The notes: a model not told the origin generated them from the letters alone. DNA of 64,000 bases from Candidatus Delongbacteria bacterium (GCA_963663545.1 OY760505.1:2848001-2912000), one strand, 5' to 3'; counted from the first letter of the stretch, positions 42,101 through 55,371 are shown. A program made the numbers and translations.

Positions 42101-42894
42101 GTAACCTGCGCCACAAGATCGAAGTGGGCGACGAGTTGCCCGCGGGCATCGTCCAGATCGCCAAGGTCTACGTTGCCCAGAAGCGCAAGATCCAGATCGG
42201 CGACAAGATGGCCGGTCGTCACGGTAACAAGGGTGTGGTTGGAAAGATCGTCCCGGCGGAAGATATGCCCTTCCTCGAGGACGGAACGCCGGTTGACATC
42301 GTGCTGAACCCGCTGGGTGTGCCGAGCCGTATGAACCTGGGCCAGATCTTCGAGACGGCGCTGGGTTGGGCGGGTGCCAAGCTGGGCAAGTACTACGCCA
42401 CACCGGTGTTCGACGGCGCTTCGCTGGAAGATGTCGAGAACGAGCTGCGCGAGGCCGGCCTGCCGGTCGAGGGCAAGATTCGCTTGTTCGACGGCAAGAC
42501 CGGTGAGCCCTTCGATCAGCCCGTAACCGTCGGCCAGATCTACATGATCAAGCTCAACCACCTGGTGGATGACAAGCTGCACGCCCGTTCCATCGGCCCG
42601 TACAGTCTGATCACCCAGCAGCCTCTGGGCGGCAAGGCCCAGTTCGGTGGTCAGCGATTTGGTGAGATGGAAGTCTGGGCCTTGGAGGCCTACGGTGCGG
42701 CCAACGTTCTGCAGGAGATCCTGACGGTCAAGTCGGACGACGTGCAGGGACGCGCCAACACCTACGAAGCCATCGTCAAGGGGCTCAACCTGCCCAAGCC
42801 GGGCGTGCCCGAATCCTTCAACGTGCTCATTCACGAGCTGAAGGGTCTGGGACTGGCGATCCCGGAGTTTGCGAAGACCCAGTTCTTCATCTAA
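39109..42894 (+). CDS. rpoB: RNA polymerase beta subunit
   Basis: TTG start after AGGAGG; SQLHRSPG, CPIETPEGPNIG, GDKMAGRHGNKG, GGQRFGEME. Confidence 0.99.
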   Translation: MKTKNTIRRHSFAKIRKLVEMPDLLDVQLQSFRRFIQAGVRPEEREKTGLNHVFLNIFPIIDNREEHILEFSHYIIEPPKYTVEECKERGVTYCAPLKARLRLSRRSGSDDGFGETIESDVYLGNLPLMTDTGTFIINGSERVIVSQLHRSPGVFFGVSFHQNGTPLYAARIIPFRGSWVEFTTDINDVLYVYIDRRKKFPVSTLLRAVGYTGNLDIYNLFGFNEEVAVNGKHIDSFIGRLLIEDVIDEESGEILIEKGKELNEETLATLRENKIARVHLLKPDEERGTGYDIVRNTLAKDPTHNQEEALMYIYRELRNGDAPDLDTARGLIEKLFFDERRYDLGAVGRYRMNAKLQLTVPMEVTILTTEDITHIVQYVLELRDGQRPTDDIDHLGNRRVRTVGEQLANQFSVALTRMARTIKERMNLHDNEKLTPQDLINVRTISSVVNTFFGTNQLSQFMDQVNPLAELTHKRRLSALGPGGLTRERAGFEVRDVHYTHYGRLCPIETPEGPNIGLISSLCTYARINELGFVETPYRRVKDSRATKVIEYLSADDEDRYTIAQANTETDDKGALPEDIIKARNRAEYPVVMANEIDYMDVSPDQIVSVAASLIPFLEHDDANRALMGSNMQRQAVPLVRPAAPFVGTGIERKAAIDSRSVLVADVSGTVTYVSADRIEVTPATRASRETRLAQKVRVYPLRKFVRSNQDTCVNQKPLVVEGDKIRKGDILADGCSTERGDLALGRNVLVAFMPWNGYNFEDSIILNERMMAEDVFTSIHIKEEVLEVRETKRGEEELTSEIPNVSEEATRDLDEDGIIRVGAKVRPGSIIIGKVTPKGEMESSPEDKLLKAIFGDKAGDVKDASKTVGPGGGGVIISTRLYSRKKKDAKTKREEKKQIEQVDLQLKEDLSVLRNALEEDLCDLLVGRKAGEIRVGSTGKLQIKPGTKITEAQIRKFDFDDLSTTIQWTEEEQVNQEIENLVNNYIVQKDILNTDARNLRHKIEVGDELPAGIVQIAKVYVAQKRKIQIGDKMAGRHGNKGVVGKIVPAEDMPFLEDGTPVDIVLNPLGVPSRMNLGQIFETALGWAGAKLGKYYATPVFDGASLEDVENELREAGLPVEGKIRLFDGKTGEPFDQPVTVGQIYMIKLNHLVDDKLHARSIGPYSLITQQPLGGKAQFGGQRFGEMEVWALEAYGAANVLQEILTVKSDDVQGRANTYEAIVKGLNLPKPGVPESFNVLIHELKGLGLAIPEFAKTQFFI

Positions 42895-42909
42895 TCGGAG
42901 GGACGAGCA

Positions 42910-47196
<4,287 letters not shown>

Positions 47197-47222
47197 ACCT
47201 CAGCTTCGTGACACAGAACAGC

Positions 47223-47257
47223 AACGGGGGCGAAGTGATTCGTCCCCGTTTTCATTT
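47223..47257 (+). terminator. Intrinsic terminator after rpoC
   Basis: AACGGGGGCGAA-GTGA-TTCGTCCCCGTT-TTCATTT. Confidence 0.75.
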
Positions 47258-47407
47258 CAGACGGGCTTTGTTGTCTGCCTTGTGATGAACGCAGCCAGAT
47301 CTCGTGTGCTGATCCCACCGGTTGAGATTGTCCGGCTTTGCTAGCTTTACGCAAGTCAAGCATCGGTATTACACCTTTCGCTTCGGTCGGCTTTACCTAC
47401 GTGAACC

Positions 47408-47833
47408 ATGGATAGGAACATGCACGAAACAAATACCGTCCCGCCCTTTGAACTGACCATTCCCGTTTGTGACACAGACATCGATATGATGGGCCACGTC
47501 AACAATGTGGTCTACGTCCGTTGGATTCAGGACGTCGCCGTTGCCCACTGGCAAACGGCGGCCACAGCCGAGGAGCTGGCGAGTCTGCTCTGGGTTGTCG
47601 TGAGACACGAGATCGACTACCTGCGTCCCGCCTTCAAACAGGACGAGGTGCTGGCGCGCACCTGGGTGGGGCAGACCGACGGTAGAGCCTACGAACGCCA
47701 CACCGAGCTGCTGCGCAAGGCCGATGGCAAGCCCTTTGCCCGCGCCTTGACACGTTGGGTGCCCATCGATCCAGCCACCATGCGACCTACCGAAGTGCCG
47801 GAACACACGCGACGCAGGTTTTCTGTTGGATGA
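47408..47833 (+). CDS. Acyl-CoA thioesterase (4HBT/YbgC hot-dog fold)
   Basis: DIDMMGHVNNVVYVRW, HEIDYLRPA. Confidence 0.9.
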   Translation: MDRNMHETNTVPPFELTIPVCDTDIDMMGHVNNVVYVRWIQDVAVAHWQTAATAEELASLLWVVVRHEIDYLRPAFKQDEVLARTWVGQTDGRAYERHTELLRKADGKPFARALTRWVPIDPATMRPTEVPEHTRRRFSVG

Positions 47834-47940
47834 GTTCATCGTGGAGGCAATTGCTGATCTCCTGAGCTGCATTTCACTGTGTCAGCTACGTTGAACTCCA
47901 TTAGATTGCCTGCCGCGTGAATTCGGTTCAAGGATCAGAG

Positions 47941-49320
47941 ATGCTCAATAACTCAACGCTCATCGGACCCGAAGGTGATCCTTCCTTTCAAGCATTGCTG
48001 CTGGAAGGATTGCCCTATCACCTTTGGGTATTGGGGGATGCCGAAACTTTGTTGTGGGGCAACCGGCTTCTCGCAGATTTCTTGGGCCTTGATGTTGCCG
48101 AGTTGGTACATCGTCCGCTTTCGGCGTTGTTTGCCTTTGAGGAGCACGACCTGCATCTCGAACTGAACCGTCAGGGCTTTGCAGGGTGCGCAACTGTTGA
48201 AAGCCGCGAGTGGTTTAGTTCGCCGGAACAGGGAGCACGCCTGCTTGCCATCAAACGCACTCCGCTTTGTGATACAAATGGTCGTGTGCAGAGCCTGCTT
48301 TGCACGGCCAGCGATATCACCGAAGAGCACCTGCTGCGCGAGCGTATACGCAAGCACGAAGCTAACTTCCGCGCCTTCATCGAGGCGCTGGAGGACATCG
48401 TGTTGATCGGCGATTTTGAGGGCCGCGTCGTCTTTGCCAACCAGGCGGCGGTGGACAAGCTGGGCTACAGTCGCGAGGAAATGCGAACGCATAACATCCT
48501 CGACTTCCATCCCGCTGCATCACGTGAAGAAGCCCAGGCAATTCTGAAAGATATTCTAGCCGGCAAACGTACCACCTGCCCCTTGCCCATTGTTACAAGA
48601 GAAGGACGAGTGATCTCTGTGGAGACCCGCGTAAATCTCGGACAGTGGGACGGCAAGCCCGTGTGCTTCGGTCTGATGAAGGATCTAAGCACGGAGCAGG
48701 AGTCGCTGCAGCGCTTCGACCGGCTGTTCCGTAGCAATCCCACACCGATGGTGCTAAGCAGTGTGCCCGACATGAGCATCTTGGACATCAACGAATCGCT
48801 GCTGAGCCTGTTGGGGTACACGGCTGAGGAGATGATCGGCAAAACGCCGCAAGAGCTGCGACTGATGGTGCATGAGGAACCCTTGATCGCGGCCGCCATG
48901 GAAGTGATACAAAAGGGCAGCGTTCATGACATTGAACTTGTGTTGCGCACCAAGGATGATCGCCATGTTGATAGCCTGTTCATGGCCGAGCTGGTCCAGA
49001 GCCAGAACGATAAGTACTTCCTGGCCGTGCTGGTGGACATCACGGAGCGTAAAGCCGCCGACCGCCGACGTGATACTCGCATCGAGGAGCTGAGCAGCGC
49101 TTTGGCAGAAGCGCACACCCTTAGCGGCATCCTGCCGATTTGCGCCTCCTGCAAGCGTGTACGCGACGAGCAGGGGCATTGGGAGCAGATTGACGCCTAC
49201 CTTGCCAAGCATAGCGATCTGCTTTTTTCACACGGACTTTGCCCGCTTTGCAGCGAGGCCTACACCGCCAAGCTGGAAGGCGATCTTGAGCTTCGCCGCA
49301 AGCGTTTCGGCACGCAGTGA
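47941..49320 (+). CDS. Triple-PAS protein with C-terminal Cys/His putative metal-binding domain
   Basis: Three PAS/PAC repeats ending ASDITE, MKDLST, LVDITERK; tail GILPICASCKRVRD...W...FSHGLCPLC. Confidence 0.85.
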   Translation: MLNNSTLIGPEGDPSFQALLLEGLPYHLWVLGDAETLLWGNRLLADFLGLDVAELVHRPLSALFAFEEHDLHLELNRQGFAGCATVESREWFSSPEQGARLLAIKRTPLCDTNGRVQSLLCTASDITEEHLLRERIRKHEANFRAFIEALEDIVLIGDFEGRVVFANQAAVDKLGYSREEMRTHNILDFHPAASREEAQAILKDILAGKRTTCPLPIVTREGRVISVETRVNLGQWDGKPVCFGLMKDLSTEQESLQRFDRLFRSNPTPMVLSSVPDMSILDINESLLSLLGYTAEEMIGKTPQELRLMVHEEPLIAAAMEVIQKGSVHDIELVLRTKDDRHVDSLFMAELVQSQNDKYFLAVLVDITERKAADRRRDTRIEELSSALAEAHTLSGILPICASCKRVRDEQGHWEQIDAYLAKHSDLLFSHGLCPLCSEAYTAKLEGDLELRRKRFGTQ

Positions 49321-49358
49321 CACAGGAAAAATAAGCTCTCTTTTTCCGCCTCAACCCG

Positions 49359-49386
49359 TTGATTCTTCTCTATTCTTTGGTACTTT
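49359..49386 (+). promoter_or_regulatory. Stable-RNA-like sigma-70 promoter
   Basis: TTGATT-N16-TACTTT with extended TG and GC-rich discriminator; same geometry as the tRNA promoters here. Confidence 0.55.
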
Positions 49387-49392
49387 TGCGCC

Positions 49393-49572
49393 CCGATTAC
49401 GTGCGATTGCTTGTGCGTTCCGCCCCCGGAAGAAAGACCTGTCCGGAGGCATAAGGAAGGGTAGTACTGGCCGAAATGGTGCTTGATCCTTTTCTGCGCA
49501 TGGGCGTCCTTCGTCCATGGTTCAAATGGCAACCTGAACGGACGCCCACAGCAGCAGCCAAAATCGCACGCA
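49393..49572 (+). ncRNA. Structured RNA, probably 6S RNA
   Basis: Closing helix CGTGCGATT(49400-08)/AATCGCACG(49562-70); GCGT(T)CCG/CGGACGC pairing; central hairpin 49454-49495; 3' segment CCTT..CCATGGTTCAA..CCTGAACGG resembles the 3' conserved region of 6S RNA; own promoter; ~175 nt. Confidence 0.45.
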
Positions 49573-49820
49573 TGAGCGAAACTCCTGTGACACAGGGGCG
49601 TGCCCATCACAGATCCATCGTATCACATGTTTCCGTTTTCAGCGACTCGCTCTGGAGTTGTAGCGCATTGTATCACGACATCCAAAGGCTGTCGCCAATG
49701 TGTGCCGGAGCCGAGACCGTTCTCGCTACCCATTCCTGTTGACTTGCTCCCCGGCGGCGGTCCGTTCCGTGCGAACACCCGGGGGCCTTGTTGAATCGTC
49801 GAGTTTGGGAGGATAGGCTA

Positions 49821-50315
49821 ATGCTCTATCCCGGTGAGTTCGGAAGAGATCCGCTCTTCCCCCGGGCGGAGGACTTCTCCGTTATTTTCAAGGACGACAT
49901 GGTAGGACGCGGCGTGATTACTTATCGTGCCTGGCGTCGTGGCGAAGTAATGGCCCGCATGGCTGGCCACGTTGTACCCGAGATCCGTCAGCATACGCTG
50001 CAGATCAGTCCCACCCAGCATAACTACGACCCGTATTTTTCGGGTTACTTCCTTCATTCATGTTCTCCGAACATATCTCTGGATATGAAACGGATGCTCG
50101 TCACTGCCCTGGAGGATATTCCTGCAGGAGGCTTCCTTTACATGGACTACGCCGAGACCGAAGATTATCTCTTCAAGCAGTTCCCCTGCGATTGCGGTTC
50201 GCCCAATTGCCGTGGCTGGGTTGCCGGACGTCTGGAGTTGCCGCAGCACGAACAACGTGTGCCGCTGCCCCTCGTCGCCAACCTGGATCACTATCCCTTG
50301 AAGGCCGCACGATGA
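49821..50315 (+). CDS. SET-domain methyltransferase with post-SET Zn motif
   Basis: GGGAGG SD; GRGV, LHSCSPN (NHSCxPN variant), YMDY, CDCGSPNCRG. Confidence 0.88.
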   Translation: MLYPGEFGRDPLFPRAEDFSVIFKDDMVGRGVITYRAWRRGEVMARMAGHVVPEIRQHTLQISPTQHNYDPYFSGYFLHSCSPNISLDMKRMLVTALEDIPAGGFLYMDYAETEDYLFKQFPCDCGSPNCRGWVAGRLELPQHEQRVPLPLVANLDHYPLKAAR

Positions 50316-51526
50316 CCCACTCACACGCTACCGAATGGTGGACGCGTGAGGATTTGTGTTACAAGAACCAGGTGCTTCATTTCGCGGATCGCGACGTGGA
50401 GCACCTGGCTCGTCAATTGGGCACTCCCTCCTTCGTCTATTCGCTACCGCGCGTGTTACAAAACTTGCGTCGCATTCATGCTGCCCTTGATGCCGCAGGT
50501 TTTGCCGGCAGGCACAGCTTGTATTACGCCATCAAGGCCAATCGGTTCGCGCCCTTGGTTACTGCCTTAGCCCAGAGCGGGCAATGCGGAATTGATGCTT
50601 GTTCACCTGCAGAAGTGCGTCACGCTGTTTCGTGTGGATTCCGTGCCAACCAGGTTTCCTTTACAGCTACAAGCCTCAGCGCTGAGGATTTGGATCAGCT
50701 GGCGTGTCACAAGGGCTTGTTCATGGACTGTGATTCGTTGGCATGCATCCGTGCCTGGGGCAAGCGTGCACCAGGAACGAAAATCGGACTGCGCATTAAT
50801 CCGGCCGTTGGCGTTGGTCGTGGCGAAAACGAGTTGCTCCATTATTCGGGTGACACAACCACCAAGTTCGGCATTTACCGCGAGCAGTTTGCCGAGGCGC
50901 TAGCACTTGCGCAGCAGATGGATTTGCGTGTGACGAAAATCCACTTCCATACCGGCTGCGGCTATCTGACTCCACAGCTCAGCCAACTTGATCGCGTGAT
51001 ACAGACGACGCGGTGGTTCATCGACCAGGTGCCGGGACTGGAGCGCGTGAATATTGGTGGCGGGCTTGGCGTGCCGCATCTTCCCGGAGAAGAGAAGCTT
51101 GATCTGAAGCAGTGGGCGCAACTGCTACACCGTCACTTCGGTGATACCAATCTGCATCTGGAAGTTGAACCCGGAGACTACGTCATCAAGGATGCTGGGC
51201 TGTTGCTGGTTTCCGTGACACACGATGAAGTCAAGCGTGATACACGTTTTGTCGGAATCAACGCCGGTTTCAATCTGGCACCTGAGCCTGCGTATTACGG
51301 ACTTCCTTTCCAGCCCGTTTCCCTACACCAACAGACCACGACAACTCCGGCCACTCTTGTGGGCCATATCAACGAAGCACTGGATGTCTGGTATCGCGAT
51401 GCGCAACTTCCCTGCCTGCAAGAGGGACAGAGCTTGGCGCTGATCAATTCCGGTGCCTATTCCGCTGCCATGTCATCCAACCATTGTATGCGTGGTAGCT
51501 CTAACGAGGTTCTGTTGCTCGACTAG
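50312..51526 (+). CDS. Fold-type III PLP enzyme (diaminopimelate/ornithine decarboxylase family), atypical active site
   Basis: YAIKAN, HFHTG, NIGGG, EPGDY, GHINEALD, GAY..MSSN; ATGA overlap with the SET gene. Confidence 0.88.
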   Translation: MTHSHATEWWTREDLCYKNQVLHFADRDVEHLARQLGTPSFVYSLPRVLQNLRRIHAALDAAGFAGRHSLYYAIKANRFAPLVTALAQSGQCGIDACSPAEVRHAVSCGFRANQVSFTATSLSAEDLDQLACHKGLFMDCDSLACIRAWGKRAPGTKIGLRINPAVGVGRGENELLHYSGDTTTKFGIYREQFAEALALAQQMDLRVTKIHFHTGCGYLTPQLSQLDRVIQTTRWFIDQVPGLERVNIGGGLGVPHLPGEEKLDLKQWAQLLHRHFGDTNLHLEVEPGDYVIKDAGLLLVSVTHDEVKRDTRFVGINAGFNLAPEPAYYGLPFQPVSLHQQTTTTPATLVGHINEALDVWYRDAQLPCLQEGQSLALINSGAYSAAMSSNHCMRGSSNEVLLLD

Positions 51527-51698
51527 CCCCTTCTTTCAGCACAAACGAATAAGATGAGCGCCTAATGGAATCAACCGTTGGGCGCTTTCAGCATTTGTGG
51601 TGGTAATAAACCAATGTGGTCGAAGTGAAGCGAGCGCTAGATCGATGTAATTGATCGTAAATTGATAGGAAACAATTCAATACAGAAGAGCGAGGAAT

Positions 51699-51713
51699 TG
51701 GCACTCCCTTTGC
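51699..51713 (+). promoter_or_regulatory. Putative sigma-54 (-24/-12) promoter
   Basis: TGGCAC-TCCCT-TTGC 40 nt upstream of ATG 51753, preceded by an AT-rich tract. Confidence 0.65.
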
Positions 51714-51752
51714 CCTAGTCTTGGCAGCAACAAAACGAGGAGTGACCCTATC

Positions 51753-52778
51753 ATGAAGAAGCTACTGCTTGGCGCCTTGGTGATTCCCTGCATTTGCATG
51801 GGACAGTTCGTGTACATGGGGCCCTACGATTCCAACGGAGTTCCCTTCTACCTCTCAGAGCCCGATCAGATCAGTAGTCAGCTACTGAGTGAGATCGGCC
51901 AGGCCTTGCCCAATGGCCGCAATGTTCCGGCTAATGCGCCTGAGTTGCTGGTTGAGGGCGCGGTGATCAACACCGTTGTCGCGGATACAGTGGATCTGTA
52001 CGTGACCTTTATCAATGAGGGTGCTGGCTACAAGAACACCCTGGGTTACTTCAGCTACCCGACGGACAACCCGCCGAACTCGGTAGATGACCTCGGTCCG
52101 CTGACTTACATTTTCCCCAATGCCTCCCGTACAAATTCAGGCGGTGGCTTGGATCCTGGTGACAAGGTTTTCCTGGGTACATTCATGCCTGGCGTTACCG
52201 TAGGCTACTTCTTGGTGGCGAACGGCTGGAACAGCACGTCTCAAGAGGTTATCCCCAGCGGACACTGGGTGCATTACAGTATTCCTGCGCTTAATGTCAA
52301 CGGTCTTCAGCAAAGCGTGCTGCTGCATCATGAGACGGCTGGTCTCGACATCCTGGGATTTGAGGACATCTCCCGCGCATCCGGTGGCGACCAGGATTTC
52401 GAGGATTGTCTCTTTTACGTGACGGCTTCACCGCCTGAGGCCATTGATAACGAGGGCGTGATCGATATCGAGACGGCGTGGATTGCCAATGAGGAGAGTG
52501 ACCAAACACAGCCAGAGAGCCTCGACTTGCTGCGTGCCTGGCCGAATCCTTTCAATCCGACAACCACCGTCAGCTTTACGCTGGATCAGACCCAGGACGT
52601 GCATGTTACGGTTCATGACATCACAGGCCGCGAAGTGGCGCTGCTGCAAAGCGGACTTGCCGAGTCGGGTGAGCATACGCTGACCTTCGATGCCGACGGA
52701 CTGCCTAGCGGTGTGTACCTGGTAGTGCTTGACTGCCAGCAGGGTCGTCAGGTCCAACGTGTGACGCTACTGCGCTAA
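51753..52778 (+). CDS. Secreted DUF4114-like protein with Por/T9SS-type C-terminal domain
   Basis: Signal peptide; EGAGYKNTLGYF, IFPNAS, GFEDI...DQDFED; WPNPFNPTTTVSF...LPSGVYLV. Confidence 0.85.
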   Translation: MKKLLLGALVIPCICMGQFVYMGPYDSNGVPFYLSEPDQISSQLLSEIGQALPNGRNVPANAPELLVEGAVINTVVADTVDLYVTFINEGAGYKNTLGYFSYPTDNPPNSVDDLGPLTYIFPNASRTNSGGGLDPGDKVFLGTFMPGVTVGYFLVANGWNSTSQEVIPSGHWVHYSIPALNVNGLQQSVLLHHETAGLDILGFEDISRASGGDQDFEDCLFYVTASPPEAIDNEGVIDIETAWIANEESDQTQPESLDLLRAWPNPFNPTTTVSFTLDQTQDVHVTVHDITGREVALLQSGLAESGEHTLTFDADGLPSGVYLVVLDCQQGRQVQRVTLLR

Positions 52779-52802
52779 GGTGCATCTACAGATACGAAAG
52801 CT

Positions 52803-52838
52803 GAGGCGGGTCGTGGGAGCCCGCCTCGCTTGCTTTTT
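52803..52838 (+). terminator. Intrinsic terminator
   Basis: GAGGCGGG...CCCGCCTC followed by a T-rich tail. Confidence 0.6.
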
Positions 52839-52921
52839 CCGGTCGCCGTCATTTCCAGTTCTGCACTTCTTGGCCAACCAGACGCAAATCCTTACTTTAC
52901 AGTTGTTAATCCGAGAGGTCG

Positions 52922-54052
52922 ATGGGAAAACAGGTTCAGCACGAGCTTCGCGAACGAGTCAAGGAGCTGCACGCCTTGCATCAAACTGCGCTCATTCTGC
53001 AGGATGATGCAGCAGAGCCGGAACAGCAGCTTCAGCGCATCGTCAATCTGCTTCCGGAGGCCTGGCAGTATCCGGAACTGACCGGCGCACGCATACAGTT
53101 GGATGGCCGAGAATTCTGCACAGCAGGTTTTCGTCGCGATGGCCCTTCGCTGGAGGCCGCTTTCCTTACGCGCAGCCGGGTTAAAGGCAGCATTGAGGTG
53201 CGCTACTCACAAGAGTGCCCGTTGGCAGACGAAGGCCCCTTTCTAGCTGAGGAGCGTGAGCTGATCAATTCGCTGGCGCAGATCCTTCGCAACTGGTATC
53301 AGCGGCGCGAGGCGGAGCGTGCACTGCAGGAGACCAACGAGCAGTTGGAGAACCAGGTTCGCGAGCGGACGCAGGATTTGCAGGATGCTAACCGGCAGCT
53401 GCGTCGTCTGGCAAGCGAGCTCAGCCTGACCGAGGCGCGCGAGCGGCGTGAGATTGCCAGCGATCTGCACGACCAGATCGGCCAGAGCCTGGCCCTGTTG
53501 CGTATTCGACTGGGTCAGTTGCGCGGAAACATGGTTTTTGGCGGCAGCGATCGCGACCTCGCCGAAATGCAGAAGCTGTTGGATCATACCATTCGTACTA
53601 CGCGTAATTTGACGATGGCCATCAGTCCGCCCGTGTTGTACGAGCTGGGGCTTGCCGCCGCTTGTGAGTGGCTGGCCGAATCCTTCAGTGCCAAGCACGC
53701 GATTCCTGTGCGCTGCCATCTTCGTGGAGGAGTGCGTCGGTTGCATGGCGTGCCCGAAGAACTTCAGGTTACGCTGTTCAAGGCAGCTCAGGAGTTGCTG
53801 GCCAACTGTCTCAAACACTCCGGCGCCACCAGCATTCGCATTCATCTGGAGTTTGCACACCAGCGGCTACTGCTTGAAGTGGCGGACAACGGCAAAGGCT
53901 TCGATCCACATGTGATACGTCGACAGGAAGGTTTCGGCCTTTTCAGTATTCGTACGCGGCTGCGCGATCTGGGCGGGGAGCTCGAAGTGGATAGCGCGCC
54001 GGGCGAAGGCTGCCGGGTCACCATGTGCGTGAACACGGGGGAAATGGCGTGA
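52922..54052 (+). CDS. Cytoplasmic sensor histidine kinase (HisKA_3)
   Basis: ERREIASDLHDQIGQSL, N-box LANCLKHSGA, DNGKGF, GFGL. Confidence 0.92.
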   Translation: MGKQVQHELRERVKELHALHQTALILQDDAAEPEQQLQRIVNLLPEAWQYPELTGARIQLDGREFCTAGFRRDGPSLEAAFLTRSRVKGSIEVRYSQECPLADEGPFLAEERELINSLAQILRNWYQRREAERALQETNEQLENQVRERTQDLQDANRQLRRLASELSLTEARERREIASDLHDQIGQSLALLRIRLGQLRGNMVFGGSDRDLAEMQKLLDHTIRTTRNLTMAISPPVLYELGLAAACEWLAESFSAKHAIPVRCHLRGGVRRLHGVPEELQVTLFKAAQELLANCLKHSGATSIRIHLEFAHQRLLLEVADNGKGFDPHVIRRQEGFGLFSIRTRLRDLGGELEVDSAPGEGCRVTMCVNTGEMA

Positions 54053-54696
54053 TGCAGACGAGGCTCTTTCTGGCGGACGACCATCAGCTCTTCCGCGCTG
54101 GGTTACGTATGATGCTGGATCGCATGAGCGACGTGCAGGTGGTAGGTGAGGCCGACAATGGTCTCAGCGCGCTGGAAGGCATTCGAGAGCACAAACCAAC
54201 CTTGGCCCTGCTGGATATTTCCATGCCCGGGATGAACGGGATTGAACTGACACGACGGGTCAAGGAGGCCGATTGTAACACGCTGATCGTCATTCTCAGC
54301 ATGCACAGCGATCGTCATTTCGTGCTAGAGAGTCTTCGCGCCGGCGCCGACGGTTACTTGCTGAAGGATGCTGAGTTTGAGGAGCTGGTGCGAGTCATTC
54401 GCGAGGTGCTGGCTGGTCGCAAGGCAGTCTCTTCCGAGCTTTCCACCATGCTGGTGGATGAGGTGTTGAATCCCGGACAAGAGGAGGCCGGTGCCTGGCG
54501 AGTGCTTTCCGCTCGCGAGCGTCAGGTGTTGCAGCTCCTTGCCGAGGGCCGTAGCACGCGTGAGATCGCCGATACTCTGGCGGTCAGTGTGAAGACCATT
54601 GAATCTCACCGCAAACAGATTATGGACAAGCTCGGCTTACGCAGCGTGGCGGAACTGACGAAGTACGCTATACGTGAAGGGCTTACGCAACTCTAA
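54052..54696 (+). CDS. NarL/FixJ-family response regulator (REC + LuxR HTH)
   Basis: LADDH, LLDISMP, LSARERQVLQLLAEG...TIESHRKQIMDKL. Confidence 0.95.
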   Translation: MQTRLFLADDHQLFRAGLRMMLDRMSDVQVVGEADNGLSALEGIREHKPTLALLDISMPGMNGIELTRRVKEADCNTLIVILSMHSDRHFVLESLRAGADGYLLKDAEFEELVRVIREVLAGRKAVSSELSTMLVDEVLNPGQEEAGAWRVLSARERQVLQLLAEGRSTREIADTLAVSVKTIESHRKQIMDKLGLRSVAELTKYAIREGLTQL

Positions 54697-54720
54697 TCGC
54701 TACCAAGTACTCAATACCGC

Positions 54721-55371
54721 ATGTTTAAGCTGAACATGATCGACGATTTTTCCCGCGGCGAGGAGCTGACAAACGCCATTCTGCACGGCGTCGGTTTTCT
54801 GCTGGCGGTGGCCACGCTGGTGCTGCTGCTGGTCTTCGCCAACATCTCCGGCACGGTCTGGCACGTGGTCGGCTTTTCCATTTTCGGCTCGATGCTCTGC
54901 CTGATGTACCTTTCCTCGACCCTGTTTCACGCCTTTCCCAAAGGGCGCGCCAAGGATTTCTTCGAGATCTGCGATCACGCCTCCATCTACCTGCTCATCG
55001 CTGGCAGCTATACACCGGTTACCTTCACCATTGTGCGCGGAAGTCTGGGCTGGAGCATGTTCGGCATCGTCTGGGGGCTGGCGCTGGTGGGCGTGATCTT
55101 CAAGGTCTTCTGGGTCAAGCGCTTCGTGTTCACCTCCACGATGATCTATGTGGTCATGGGTTGGCTGATCGTGATCGGCATTGTGCCCATTGTGCGCGGC
55201 ATGCCAACGATTTCGCTGATCTTCCTGGTGGCAGGCGGTCTGCTGTACACAGCGGGCACGGTCTTCTACATGTTCCGCCTCTTCAAGTATCACCACGCCC
55301 TCTGGCATTTCCTGGTATTGCTGGCCAGCAGTTGTCATTTCTTCACCATGCTCTTTCTGGTGATGGAATAA
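54721..55371 (+). CDS. Hemolysin III / PAQR family membrane protein
   Basis: EELTNAILHG, SSTLFH, DHASIYLLIAGSYTP, HALWHFLV. Confidence 0.93.
   Translation: MFKLNMIDDFSRGEELTNAILHGVGFLLAVATLVLLLVFANISGTVWHVVGFSIFGSMLCLMYLSSTLFHAFPKGRAKDFFEICDHASIYLLIAGSYTPVTFTIVRGSLGWSMFGIVWGLALVGVIFKVFWVKRFVFTSTMIYVVMGWLIVIGIVPIVRGMPTISLIFLVAGGLLYTAGTVFYMFRLFKYHHALWHFLVLLASSCHFFTMLFLVME

Noticed and set aside
49450..49550. SAM-I or lysine riboswitch, or tRNA-Sec, upstream of the SET operon
   Set aside because: Fragments (CTGGCC, GGTGCT, GGCAACC, GCCGAA, TTCAAAT) occur but in the wrong order or without the required stems.
50060..50311. Long N-terminal extensions in the ORF track (decarboxylase from 50060; likewise tuf 34045, nusG 35810, ychF 26248, porin 60396)
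   Set aside because: They overlap upstream genes or tRNAs. Downstream starts with an SD or stop/start overlap fit the family N-termini.
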